Shown here: positions 29,901 to 38,031 of the stretch, one piece after another
Layout: the number at the start of each line of letters is the position of its first letter
Numbering within the stretch: position 1 is the stretch's first letter
Assembly (NCBI GenBank): GCA_020060565.1
Contig: JAGVAE010000001.1
Span: 2,671 to 66,670 of the forward strand
Length of the DNA stretch: 64,000 nt
DNA from: Candidatus Woesebacteria bacterium
Lineage (GTDB): Bacteria > Patescibacteriota > Microgenomatia > UBA8517
Direction: 5' to 3'
Notes under the pieces: model-generated
What the model was told of the DNA's origin: nothing
The model's input: only the letters and a program-made list of their open reading frames with translations
Database searches by the model: none
Program-made: the position numbers and the translations under genes

Positions 29901-32900
29901 TGTTCCTGGTGCTCTAAAGTCAGATGGGACACTTAGGGTTATGTCTCCAGTTGATCCTGAAGCTGTAATTTGATTTGCTGTACCTGCTAAACTTGATACA
30001 TAATTTCCAGTTGTATGAGTTCCAAGGGTAATTTGTCCCCAAGATGGAGCTGTCCCAATTCCTCCTGAAAGAAGTACATTTCCAACTGCTACATCACTAA
30101 GTTTGGCAAGGGAAGTGGTGGAGTCTGCATACAACAAATCTCCAACTGTATATGACGACTGTCCAGTTCCTCCATATGCTGCTCCAATAGCTGTTCCATT
30201 CCAGGTTCCACTTGTTATTGGACTTCCAAAATCAACTCCTCCAGTTGTTGCTCCTCCAATTGTTAAGTGGTTCATGTTTGTTGTGGCTAGTGTTCCATTA
30301 CCTGTGAGATATGTGGCTACATCAGATGTAGAACCTGAAATACTTGCTGTTGGTGTTCCTGAAGAAACCCCAGTGAATGCAAACTTGGCAGATGAGGTTG
30401 CATCTGATCCTATTAAAACGTCTATAGTGTTATTTTTAGGGAAGAGGACTCCATTTACCGTGCTTTGATCCCAAAATACTGAAGATGCCGTAAGGGCAGA
30501 GGTCCAAGAAAGTCCTCCCGTGCTATTTGTTGAAAGAACTTGGCCATTGGTTCCATCTAAGGCTGGCCAGGTATATGTAATTCCGTTTAATTGGGTTGTT
30601 CCAATGTTTACTAAATTTCCAGATGCATCAATTCTTTGTGTTCCTGCAGTTGCACCAGTATACAAACCATTGACTGCATTAACTGTTCCAGGAGCACGAA
30701 AATCAGAAGGAATTGAAAGTGTTATATCCCCAGTTGATCCTGAAGCTGTAATCTGATTAGCTGTACCCGCAAGGGAACTTACATAGTTTCCAGAGGTATG
30801 TGTACCTAATGTTACTTTTCCATATGATGGTGCTGCTCCAATTCCACCGGAAAGAAGAACATTTCCTGTAGCTACATCAGCAAGTTTGGCAAGGGAAGTA
30901 GTGGTATCTGCATAAAGCATGTCTCCGATTGTGTACGAAGAAAATCCCGTTCCGCCTTGATCTACTCCAATCGAACCTGTAGAAGTAAGTTGTTTTGATC
31001 CGTCTGTAAATACAACTTTATTGGCAGTAAGGCCACTGTCTATTAAGTTTCCTATAGTCAAGGTGTTAGTTGTTGATGCGCCTCGTGTAGTTACAGAATC
31101 TAAGGTATCAGCTTCAGTTGCGGTTAGATTTAGAGTTCCACCTAATGAAACCGCTCCGCCTCCTGACAATATTCCTCCTGCATTTATTGTTATGGCAGAA
31201 TTTGCCAGTTCGGAATTGGCTACACAACCTGAACATGTAAGGTCGGTTGCTGAAATTGTTCCTGTTCCACTTGTAGAAAGACTTGCTCCAGTTCCTACCA
31301 CCATTGTGGCTGTAGTATTAGTTCCTGAAAGAAGTCCTGAGAAGGGGACAGTTGCTGCGGTTCCAACGGAAACCCAAGCTGAACCATTCCAGAAATATAT
31401 GATGTTTTCTGTGGAGTTATAGACCATGGATCCTGTTCCAACATTTGTGGGATTGGTTACAAAATTGCCTAGCTTTAATTGACCATCAAATTGAGCGTTT
31501 CCATTTGAAACTAAAAGAGCCATGCCTGTTCCAAAAGCGTTGTATCTATTAAGAACTAAAGTTGAATAGCTGGTGTTGGGTGTTACATCTCGCTCGTCTA
31601 ATGTCATAGTAACTGCATTGTTTAATGCTGTGCCTGTTTTGGTAACAGAGGCAAAGTCTCCTGGATTTTGATTTATGACAAAGTTACCTGAGTTTTGAGA
31701 ATAGCCTGTTATGTTTTGTAATGCTCCAGTTGAACTTATTCTTGATGTGCCTCCTGTTTGGATTGAGCCTCCAGCATTGATATTTCCAGTTGCCATGGTA
31801 TTACCCAATGCATCAACTGAAAAACGAGTGATTGGTTTTGATCCATTTTGTAATCTTATGAGATCATAGCCAGTTGCATTATTTGCCACTATTCCGTAAT
31901 AAAGAGAACCACTGTTTAGGTTAGGGGCTTGGGCATTAAGAAAGTTACCTTTCGACCCCTCAAAAAGAAAATGGGCAATACCTTTGCCGTCTGGGTTAAT
32001 CTCGATGTTTCCATTCGTGCCATCAACCGTTTTTAACGTAAGAGCTTGCCCTTGAACTAAAAGATTTCCTGCCTTTGCATTTATGGCAGGGGATTCACTG
32101 GCTAAATTAAGTGAACCATTTTCATCAATCACTGGAACGGTTAGTGCGTTTGCTCCAACTTTTGGATCTGCTGGCAAGTAACCTCCAAGATTTGCCGCAA
32201 TATTTGCGGTAGAAACTGGAATTCTGGCATTTGCTGTTGCGGAAGCTATCTCTGGTTCTACAAATAGCTTTTGATTCTCAAAAAAGAGGTTGCTTGGAAC
32301 TCTATCTAAAGATATCAAAGCAGATCCTGTATCATCAGTTGTTATTGTTTGAGGTTCACTTGTGTATAGAGCTGTTCCTCCGACTTCCGAATTATAGACT
32401 TTGAATGATAAGGTTTGAGAACCAACCTTTGGAGTTCCGTCTTCGTTTGACAATTTTAAATTTGCGTAAAGATTCCAGGAGCCATTTGACGCATTATCTG
32501 CGGAGATTGAACCTGACGGGGTTGAGTTGGGAAGTATGTTTTGATTATCTAAAGTAATCTTGGCTGTGGGGTTATTTTCAACCCCTGCTGCAAAGTTTCT
32601 TATGAACTCAATTGGGGATCCAAGCTTCCAAGAAAGAAGAAAAATAAGAACAATAAGACCCAATGTTGTGCCCGTTAGTAACCAAGTTCTAGCCGAAATT
32701 CTGCCTTTGGGTTTTGAGATTGAATTAGTAAATGTTTGTGGCATGGGGTTGGTTTCAATGTGGCCCTTCTCTTCCGCCCAGCCAAAGAATTTATTTAAAG
32801 AAGCTACTTTTCTTTTGGCTGTAGCAGGAGATGCGATTCTAGCCATCTCTTCTTGATACTTTTGAATTATTTGGGGAGATATTGTGGGTAGAGTAGACAT
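23919..32900 (-). CDS. giant (2993 aa) single-pass membrane surface protein with a cytoplasmic integrase-type SAM-like N-terminal domain, tandem repeat modules and a Gly-rich block
   Basis: N-terminal ~60 aa (IIQKYQEEMARIASPATAKRKVASLNKFFGWAEEKGHIETNP) resembles a phage-integrase core-binding domain. One TM helix follows (TWLLTGTTLGLIVLIFLLSW), then about 2900 aa of Ser/Thr/Gly/Asn-rich beta-type sequence. Three ~270-aa repeats (..GTHTxGNYVSSLAGTANQITASGSTGDITLSxPSDFRAPGTVNAVNG.YTGATAGTQRIDASGNL.NIGTTQ.NG.TYTWP..). A GGxGG-type Gly-rich block. Confidence 0.8.
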   Translation of the reverse strand: MSTLPTISPQIIQKYQEEMARIASPATAKRKVASLNKFFGWAEEKGHIETNPMPQTFTNSISKPKGRISARTWLLTGTTLGLIVLIFLLSWKLGSPIEFIRNFAAGVENNPTAKITLDNQNILPNSTPSGSISADNASNGSWNLYANLKLSNEDGTPKVGSQTLSFKVYNSEVGGTALYTSEPQTITTDDTGSALISLDRVPSNLFFENQKLFVEPEIASATANARIPVSTANIAANLGGYLPADPKVGANALTVPVIDENGSLNLASESPAINAKAGNLLVQGQALTLKTVDGTNGNIEINPDGKGIAHFLFEGSKGNFLNAQAPNLNSGSLYYGIVANNATGYDLIRLQNGSKPITRFSVDALGNTMATGNINAGGSIQTGGTSRISSTGALQNITGYSQNSGNFVINQNPGDFASVTKTGTALNNAVTMTLDERDVTPNTSYSTLVLNRYNAFGTGMALLVSNGNAQFDGQLKLGNFVTNPTNVGTGSMVYNSTENIIYFWNGSAWVSVGTAATVPFSGLLSGTNTTATMVVGTGASLSTSGTGTISATDLTCSGCVANSELANSAITINAGGILSGGGAVSLGGTLNLTATEADTLDSVTTRGASTTNTLTIGNLIDSGLTANKVVFTDGSKQLTSTGSIGVDQGGTGFSSYTIGDMLYADTTTSLAKLADVATGNVLLSGGIGAAPSYGKVTLGTHTSGNYVSSLAGTANQITASGSTGDITLSIPSDFRAPGTVNAVNGLYTGATAGTQRIDASGNLVNIGTTQLNGITYTWPALDGTNGQVLSTNSTGGLSWTSALTASSVFWDQSTVNGVLFPKNNTIDVLIGSDATSSAKFAFTGVSSGTPTASISGSTSDVATYLTGNGTLATTNMNHLTIGGATTGGVDFGSPITSGTWNGTAIGAAYGGTGQSSYTVGDLLYADSTTSLAKLSDVAVGNVLLSGGIGTAPSWGQITLGTHTTGNYVSSLAGTANQITASGSTGDITLSVPSDFRAPGTVNAVNGIYTGATAGTQRIDASGNLTNIGTTQINGVTYTWPGSATANYVLQSTGTGASSTLAWVDPADAVASSIYWTAAEGALFPKNNSMDVLIGSDATTSAKFAFTGVTSGTPTASISGTYLTSTGNLANTDMKDITLGGATTGNVISSSPFSAGSITDTGLTASKGVFTDANKTLTSTGVLGTDQGGTGLNSYTTGDLIYASSTNTLSQLADIAVGNALISGGVGAAPSWGKIVLGTHTTGNYVSSLAGTANQITASAGTGDITLSIPSDFRAPGTVNAVNGIYTGATAGTQRIDASGNLVNIGTTQLHGITYTWPDADAVSSGYVLSSDAAGQLSWVDNGAGGGGTWTLDDATGTIYPNSQTVDVLIGGIATASAKFAFTGVTSGTPTASIAGTTANVATYINGNGNLSTTNMANLTLGSATTGNVVINSRGITSLTANGSNITIAGDLNSGATTAELFNTTTTSLNVGGAATTINLGPTGSGASSILFGGGSTDTGCTVDGSNGNLACSGTMTATTGLFTSNLQVNNSSATAYNRFGTNTTGHSGGITDGSDLLISSDLELDGNLYLDSGIIANSAGTATIVFSSAPTTTSNTLGASSWLVDNTANVGQAALMVNQQKGGDIFTASASGVSKFTVHNDGAITLAGMASTTNTAEGTIYYDTDVDHLYLRTGDSAFHRIAMDMTKYATTAANIANLGYVEVAHNQNTNDISLTGWVKNTITSLWEKITDKSVTMKQSLQNEFDNASASGKVRTQTRLTDIELAPSVDTGTGADGAITVSGNTSINATSLISARSCADGGDAVNYSVSSLTSTAATLSTTPSAGCLTVGDEVLLINLQGATSAYVNVGNYETLRVSSVSSNTVNFTKSKTKFYGDNATDDSNLGTTAGTQRVMLQRVPNYTTVTVNASQNFYPTAFDGAKGGVIFFRATGAVSISGNIHANAMGYRGATTGGAGGYGGGNGGEAFCGLGGAGGTSGVNGSAGAAGGGGGHNASGANGYCGGGGGGDPAGGTGSAALGGSGGGGLGDQNSGGRAGGGGGYGTYGYGGDNGSNGGTNTSGNGGASGAGGGGGGGTYGDAALADLMFGSGGGAAGQYSSDTRGLGGAGGGIVTISAASVTVSGTVSSNGANGSAGSNWSAGGGGGAGGSVKLSAGTVTLGTNLVSATNGSGGAGGASLPVAGGAGGKGRTAIYYTTSYTGSTNSPTAAYTVQPYYPYGLYHSGVISTPNAVSLSDLRWEATPSAWGKVEFQTRTGNSTNPTDGTWEAWKPAIASTNYLSLQDANTHTDWTGSSATVADGTVTRNVDQFEDEDEGTAGNTTQFVNTAQGGGYAEATIGATDISGYDYLTAWVYATSSGNTVKLGFGEAAGTEQEETVTIDATSTWQKVYWDLSDIVSTSKDGVTKLRVTNLNNPWNTIHFDNFKAEKAMTVSSGSPIVSTPNNYLQYRAIFTTTNTSFQPQVNNVQFSYNNSYKITQTDANNVRLYNYTGQNQELRLDAVVYGADLAEYYGVDNQDIVSGDVVSVSGNLDDYGVPILRKSNGIRDPGLIGVISTKAGQTLGIEAEDRRLLALVGRVPVKVATDSAAIKTGDPITSSSTPGRAKKAVLGEKSIGTALEPWDPTYQKDNVMIFIGNGSSLTPILSDINAYLLNAKVNAAGIAYEIKDATGETINNIGIFSQALIASIKAGVVDTDKLIAQRIQTPLISPLADETDVTVRIGSEATPSGKFAIQNSEGSEVASIDNMGNASFSGVVRSQNIDEIEALLAQVSADQSLLFTATAGANLTASGSANIAELITNDLFVTGNAAMSSVSIADSLTLGSDLVIGLNGNTINSLSAPLQIQSLAMAPVEIMGGLISIDTQGNMRMAGNLYVAGKITTLELNAKIINATGSATLNSVTTPELIVAASDATVSGTIIDGVITTNSMIGQATVPAETSEIIIKNPKVTDLTLVYVTPTSPTLNNVLYVKSKENGQFVVGFTNPIDIDVKFNWWIVQVQ
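26340..27060 (-). repeat. Gly-rich low-complexity coding block (GGxGG repeats) inside the giant gene
   Basis: Translated as GGAGGYGGGNGG...GGGGGGDPAGGTGS...GGGGGGGTYG. GGN codons make the segment locally GC-rich and create long spurious antisense ORFs (the Pro/His-rich 26347-26679 and 26663-26968). Confidence 0.6.
28200..30900 (-). repeat. three tandem ~800-bp DNA repeats inside the giant gene
   Basis: Near-identical segments recur at about 28985-29225, 29805-30050 and 30585-30830 (for example ...gcatcaat(c/t)ctttgtgttcctgc(a/t)gttgcaccagt(g/a)ta(a/c)a...), with periods of about 830 and 780 bp. They match the three protein-level repeats. Confidence 0.7.
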
Positions 32901-32905
32901 AGAAT

Positions 32906-33421
32906 TTAGTATTTAGAATTTAGAATTTCATGGTTAGTCTCTAACCATGTCAAGAACTGTTTGATATCACTTAGGTAGTTTTTGATTGTGCTAGAAGAAA
33001 CCTTTTCGGCCTCAAGAAAAGCTCTGAAGTCGTTGACGACTGGATCCATATTTGGTTTTTCTTTAGCTCCAATTCCTACGTTTTCAATGCCACTCATAAA
33101 GTCAAGATCAATTATTTGTGTTGCAGTTAAGAAGCGTGAGAGATGCCTAAGGGTAGAGAGCCTGCGATTAACAGTTTTAACAGGAACTGAATTTTCAGTC
33201 ATGTAGTTTTTGTAACTTTTTGCCAGATCAAAAGTTAAAAACGGAACGACCTCACTCAATGATTCAACGTAAGAGCCAAATGATCTGATCTTAAGAATTG
33301 CCCAACCAATGAAGTGGCTTAAATCGCTTCTGTAGTTCTTGTGGGATTTAGGTGAAATACCAAGAGATTCAAGATATTTTACGAATTCGTTTTTGATGGA
33401 GTCTAATTGTTTTTCGGGCAT
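32906..33421 (-). CDS. orphan protein of two tandem phage-integrase N-terminal SAM-like (core-binding) domains, with no catalytic domain
   Basis: Two ~80-aa repeats with the ..KNYRSDLSHFIGWA.. and ..KNYLSDIKQFLTWLE.. pattern typical of tyrosine-recombinase N-terminal domains. 171 aa in total, with no R..HxxR..Y catalytic region. Its stop lies 5 bp upstream of the giant gene. Confidence 0.55.
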   Translation of the reverse strand: MPEKQLDSIKNEFVKYLESLGISPKSHKNYRSDLSHFIGWAILKIRSFGSYVESLSEVVPFLTFDLAKSYKNYMTENSVPVKTVNRRLSTLRHLSRFLTATQIIDLDFMSGIENVGIGAKEKPNMDPVVNDFRAFLEAEKVSSSTIKNYLSDIKQFLTWLETNHEILNSKY

Positions 33422-33961
33422 TTTATTTCAAGGCTAAATTATACTGATTATACTTATTAGACTATTATTAAAAGATTTTAGGAACCTGTCAAGAGGCTAA
33501 ACGGCCAATAATCTAATAAGCAAATAATCAAATAAACAAATAAATTTCACGGTGTATGTAGTATAATTACCGCATAATATTTACGCATATATCTAATGGC
33601 TTAGTGGATAATATGATAACTTATAACTTAAATTTTAACGTATTTTGCCTGTATTTTTTGTGCCTAAATATTATTTGCGGGAAAGTGCGGAGATATATAT
33701 GATTTTAGTAGCACTGCGGAAATCGATATTGTGTTATGCCTAATATCGTATATCATAATATATCAAATTGTATAACCTGCTTTATTTTTATACTTTTATG
33801 TGTGGAGATTATTATTGTTTTTATCGAGTACATTATAAGATTGCAATTGGCAGATTAGACTACTGAGCGCTAGGAAATATTATTGGTGATTTGTTCCGAA
33901 AAATTGGGGATTATTTTTTTGTGTAGCTTACTGTTGCAATTTTACCCTTTTCGGATAAAAT

Positions 33962-36298
33962 TTGTTTATGACGCAAGACGATGCATATATGGCTAGTAAG
34001 TATGATCATATCAAAGTAGAGAAAAAGTGGCAAGAGGAGTGGAAAAGTAAGAATTTGTACGTTGCGGATATCAAGGGAAACGGTAAACATTTCTATAATC
34101 TCTGGATGTTTCCATACCCTTCAGCCGAAGGACTTCATGCAGGACACGCATTTGCATCGACTGGTTCTGACATATTTGGTCGTTTTATGAGGATGAGAGG
34201 AATGGAAGTCTTTCAGCCTATTGGCTATGACTCATTTGGAATCCACTCTGAAAACTACGCAATTAAGATCAATGAGAATCCTCATGAGGTAGTTAAAAGA
34301 ACTACAAAACATTATGAAGAACAAATGAGAAGTTTGGGTCATGGTTATGACTGGACAAGGACGGTAACTACTTCAGATCCTGATTACTACAAATGGACAC
34401 AATGGCTGTTTATTAAGATGTTTGAAAATGGTTTGGCTTACAAAAAGAAAGCCACTGTTAACTTTTGTCCTTCCTGCAAGACCGTGTTGGCTGACGAACA
34501 GGTAATGAGTCCCAAAGCAGCGGGGAAGGAAGCTAGGAGTGCTCAAGGTGAATCGATTGCGGGTGACGAGTTACGGGTATGTGAGAGATGTGGAACTGTT
34601 GTAGAAAAGAAAGATCTTGACCAGTGGTTTTTTAAAATCACTAAATATGCTGACAAGCTTTTATCAGGATTAGATAAGATTGACTGGAGCGAAAGAGTAG
34701 TTATTGCCCAAAGGAATTGGATAGGACGTTCCAATGGCATGCTTATTGATTTCAAAAAAGAGGACGGAAGTAAGTTATCAGTCTTTACTACACGACCAGA
34801 TACACTAAATGCTATCACTTTTATAGCGATAGCTGATGAGAAGCTGTATAACCAGGCAAGCAAAGAAAAAGTGGGCAAGTTTACGGGGGAATATGCAATT
34901 GATCCACTAAGTGGTAAGAAGCTTCCAATTTGGAAAACTAATTATGTTGCTCCAGGGTATGGTACTGGTGTTGTCATGGGAGTACCTGCACACGATGAAC
35001 GTGATAGGGAGTTTGCCAAAAAGTATAAGTTAGATATAGTTCAGAAAGACCCTGATGAAAAACTTTGGGCTACAATCCAAAAAGAAAAGTGGGGTAAAAA
35101 GGAAACCAATTATCACCTTAGAGATTGGCTTGTAAGCCGTCAGAGATATTGGGGTGCGCCAATTCCAATGATTAATTGCCCCAAATGTGGTTGGGTGAGC
35201 GTACCTGAAAAGGATTTACCAGTACTGCTTCCCACAATAACTGATTTTAAACCCGAAGGAACAGGGAAAGGGCCTCTTGCCAATCACAAAGAGTTTTACA
35301 GTGTAAGCTGTCCGCATTGTGGATCTGAAGCAGCCAGGGAAACTGATGTGATGGATACTTTTGTTGATTCTTCTTGGTATTTTTTAAGATATCCAACTGT
35401 TGGAAGTAAAAGTGCTAGTACGATACCTTTTGATAAGGAAATTACAAAGAAATGGTTGCCTGTTGACCTTTATTTTGGGGGAGCTGAACATTCAGTTTTA
35501 CATCTTATGTATGCCCGTTTTGTAACGATGGTACTAAACGATATTGGAGTTTTAGACTTTGATGAGCCTTTTCCTAGATTCTTTGCTCATGGTCTTATGA
35601 TTAAAGATGGTGCCAAGATGAGTAAAAGCAGGGGAAATGTGGTCAATCCAGATGATTATATTAAAAAATTTGGGGCTGACGCACTACGTCTTTATCTTGC
35701 TTTTATGGGACCCATGGATGCTTCTCCTGATTTTAGAGATTCTGGAATTGAAGGAGCGAGTAGATTTTTGGGGAGAGTCTGGAGGCTATTTACTGAGCCT
35801 AAAGCTTTAAAGGAAAGTAAAAATACTGATGAAGAAGTAGTGTCTAGATTACATCAAACCATTCAGAAAGTAACCGATGATATTGAAAAGTATAAATTCA
35901 ATACTTCAATAGCCTCAATTATGGAGCTGGTAAATGTAATTCAGGCTCGAGGAGCGGACAAAGAAACCCTTAAGAACCTCGCCCTTCTTTTAGCTCCATT
36001 TGCGCCTCATATGATGGAAGATGTGTGGGTTACGTACTTACATATGCCTTTTAGTATTCACAAGGCTCCTTGGCCCTTATATGAAGCCAAGCACATTAAG
36101 CAAAATGAGGTAACGGTAGTGATTCAGATAAATGGAAAAGTACGGGGACAATTAACAGTGAACATTGAACGGTCAACAGATAAGAAAGAAGTTGAGAAGT
36201 TGGCAAAGAAAGATGAAAAAATCGTTAAATGGTTGAACGGACAAATAGTTAAGAAAACAATCTTCGTCTCTGGAAAATTAATCAACTTCGTTATATAA
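33962..36298 (+). CDS. leuS: leucyl-tRNA synthetase
   Basis: HIGH motif (GLHAGHAF), KMSKS (GAKMSKSRGN), the zinc-knuckle CPSCKT...CERCG, and a C-terminal anticodon-binding region; 778 aa. Confidence 0.9.
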   Translation: MFMTQDDAYMASKYDHIKVEKKWQEEWKSKNLYVADIKGNGKHFYNLWMFPYPSAEGLHAGHAFASTGSDIFGRFMRMRGMEVFQPIGYDSFGIHSENYAIKINENPHEVVKRTTKHYEEQMRSLGHGYDWTRTVTTSDPDYYKWTQWLFIKMFENGLAYKKKATVNFCPSCKTVLADEQVMSPKAAGKEARSAQGESIAGDELRVCERCGTVVEKKDLDQWFFKITKYADKLLSGLDKIDWSERVVIAQRNWIGRSNGMLIDFKKEDGSKLSVFTTRPDTLNAITFIAIADEKLYNQASKEKVGKFTGEYAIDPLSGKKLPIWKTNYVAPGYGTGVVMGVPAHDERDREFAKKYKLDIVQKDPDEKLWATIQKEKWGKKETNYHLRDWLVSRQRYWGAPIPMINCPKCGWVSVPEKDLPVLLPTITDFKPEGTGKGPLANHKEFYSVSCPHCGSEAARETDVMDTFVDSSWYFLRYPTVGSKSASTIPFDKEITKKWLPVDLYFGGAEHSVLHLMYARFVTMVLNDIGVLDFDEPFPRFFAHGLMIKDGAKMSKSRGNVVNPDDYIKKFGADALRLYLAFMGPMDASPDFRDSGIEGASRFLGRVWRLFTEPKALKESKNTDEEVVSRLHQTIQKVTDDIEKYKFNTSIASIMELVNVIQARGADKETLKNLALLLAPFAPHMMEDVWVTYLHMPFSIHKAPWPLYEAKHIKQNEVTVVIQINGKVRGQLTVNIERSTDKKEVEKLAKKDEKIVKWLNGQIVKKTIFVSGKLINFVI

Positions 36299-36305
36299 CT
36301 AGTTA

Positions 36306-36938
36306 ATGGATGGTTTCAATTATCAAGAACTGTTGTCAAAATTTCGTTATCCTTTATTAATTTTTTTAATTGGTATGGTTTTGGTTTTGGGGGGAATTTT
36401 CTTTTTTAAGTCGGGTCTTTCTTTTGGTGGGACAAAAGTTGAAGTGTTAACAGATGGGGTAGAGGAAAACAATAATTCAAAAAGTATAACTGCTGAAATT
36501 TCTGGAGAAGTAGTAAACCCTGGTGTTTATAAACTTTCAAGTAATGGTAGGGTTGATGATTTATTGATTGCTGCGGGTGGTTTTTCGCAAAAAGCGGACA
36601 GAGTTTGGACGGATAAATACTTAAATAGGGCAGCTAAAGTAATTGATGGACAAAAGGTATTTATACCATCGGTAGACAAGCAGTCCGATGTTTTAAGTGC
36701 TAAAAATGTGGGAGGAGATCAAAGTATATCAACCAATTTTTCATCCGATAGTATGGGTCTAATTAACATAAATTCTGCTAGCCTTGGGGAATTAGACAGC
36801 TTACCTGGAATTGGCCAAGTTTACGGCCAAAGTATCATTGAACACAGACCTTACTCAGATGTGTCAGAATTGTTGTCAAAAGGGGTTTTGAAAAAATCTG
36901 TTTATGAAAAGATTAAAAACGAAATTTCCATATATTAA
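36306..36938 (+). CDS. comEA: ComEA-like DNA-binding competence protein (SLBB + helix-hairpin-helix)
   Basis: N-terminal TM, an SLBB-like segment (VVNPGVYKL..GRVDDLLIAAGGF) and a C-terminal tandem HhH (ININSASLGELDSLPGIGQVYGQSIIEHRP). Confidence 0.75.
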   Translation: MDGFNYQELLSKFRYPLLIFLIGMVLVLGGIFFFKSGLSFGGTKVEVLTDGVEENNNSKSITAEISGEVVNPGVYKLSSNGRVDDLLIAAGGFSQKADRVWTDKYLNRAAKVIDGQKVFIPSVDKQSDVLSAKNVGGDQSISTNFSSDSMGLININSASLGELDSLPGIGQVYGQSIIEHRPYSDVSELLSKGVLKKSVYEKIKNEISIY

Positions 36939-36943
36939 CTATT

Positions 36944-38029
36944 TTGATCAAAAATTTAGTAATTATTTCTCTTCTAATTTTAGTAATTTTCATCCGTTAT
37001 ATAACAGCTAGACCCATCTATAAAGACGGCGATAGGGTAAGAATTACAACTTCTGTTTTATCCGATCCAATTAAATATTCGACCAGTGTTTATATAAAAG
37101 TTAGGGACTTAAAAGTTTATTTACCAAAAGACACAGATATTTCTTATGGTGACAAAATTATTGTGGAGGGGGTAGTTAATGACGACCCCAACAGTGGAGT
37201 TAAAAAACTAACTAACACAAAGCTTAAAAAGGTGGAGAAAGAAAAAACCGTTTTGTCTTCTTTTAGAAACTCAATAATTTCTTTTTATCAACGAGTTTTG
37301 CCGGAGCCCTCGGGGGGACTAATGAGCGGAATAATAATTGGAGCAAAAGGAGCACTATCAACTGAATTTTATGATTTAACTAAAAAAGTAGGAGTTGCCC
37401 ATGTTGTCGTTGCATCGGGGACAAATATTTCTTTTGTAGTTTCTTTCTTAATGGGAACATTAACATTGGTACTTTCTAGAAGAAAAGCGATATTGTTTGT
37501 TATAGTTGGTATTGTTTTGTATCTATTTATATCAGGGTTTGATGCTCCACTAATAAGAGCGGCTATCATGGCTTCACTTCTTTTTGTGGCTCAGAGAAGT
37601 GGAAGACTTTCTTCTTCTTGGAGGATTTTGGTTTTGACTGCCTCGGCTATGCTTATTTATAACCCTGAGTGGACAAACGACATTGGTTTTATCCTTTCTT
37701 TTGTTTCAACTGCAAGTATTATGCTTTTTGAGAAAAGAATTAGAGTTTTTTTAAAAAAGGTGCCAGAAATCTTAAGAGAAGGGCTTTCTACCTCTTTTGC
37801 TGCTCAAATTGGGGTTTCTCCTATCATTTTTGTTACTTTTGGTCAGTTTAATATATTTTCCCCTTTGGTTAATGCACTTGTTCTGTGGACCATTCCGTAT
37901 ATTATGGTTTTGGGTGTGGTTGGAGGAATGATGGGACTTATTTTCCCAATAATTGGAAAAATGGTTCTTTGGATGGCTTATCCTTTATTATGGTGGTTCG
38001 TACATATCGTTACATTATTCAACTTTTAG
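36944..38029 (+). CDS. comEC: ComEC/Rec2 competence channel, N-terminal part (DUF4131 OB-fold plus Competence TM domain)
   Basis: Polytopic membrane region with a ComEC 'Competence'-domain pattern (GGLMSGIIIGAKGAL..HVVVASGTNISFV..). It ends at the TAG at 38027-38029. The beta-lactamase domain continues in another frame. Confidence 0.7.
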   Translation: MIKNLVIISLLILVIFIRYITARPIYKDGDRVRITTSVLSDPIKYSTSVYIKVRDLKVYLPKDTDISYGDKIIVEGVVNDDPNSGVKKLTNTKLKKVEKEKTVLSSFRNSIISFYQRVLPEPSGGLMSGIIIGAKGALSTEFYDLTKKVGVAHVVVASGTNISFVVSFLMGTLTLVLSRRKAILFVIVGIVLYLFISGFDAPLIRAAIMASLLFVAQRSGRLSSSWRILVLTASAMLIYNPEWTNDIGFILSFVSTASIMLFEKRIRVFLKKVPEILREGLSTSFAAQIGVSPIIFVTFGQFNIFSPLVNALVLWTIPYIMVLGVVGGMMGLIFPIIGKMVLWMAYPLLWWFVHIVTLFNF

Positions 38030-38031
38030 TT

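Noticed and set aside
33700-33961. T-box riboswitch leader upstream of leuS
   Set aside because: No AANNNGGGTGGNACCGCG-like T-box sequence or specifier-loop architecture is visible. The region is simply AT-rich with short repeats.
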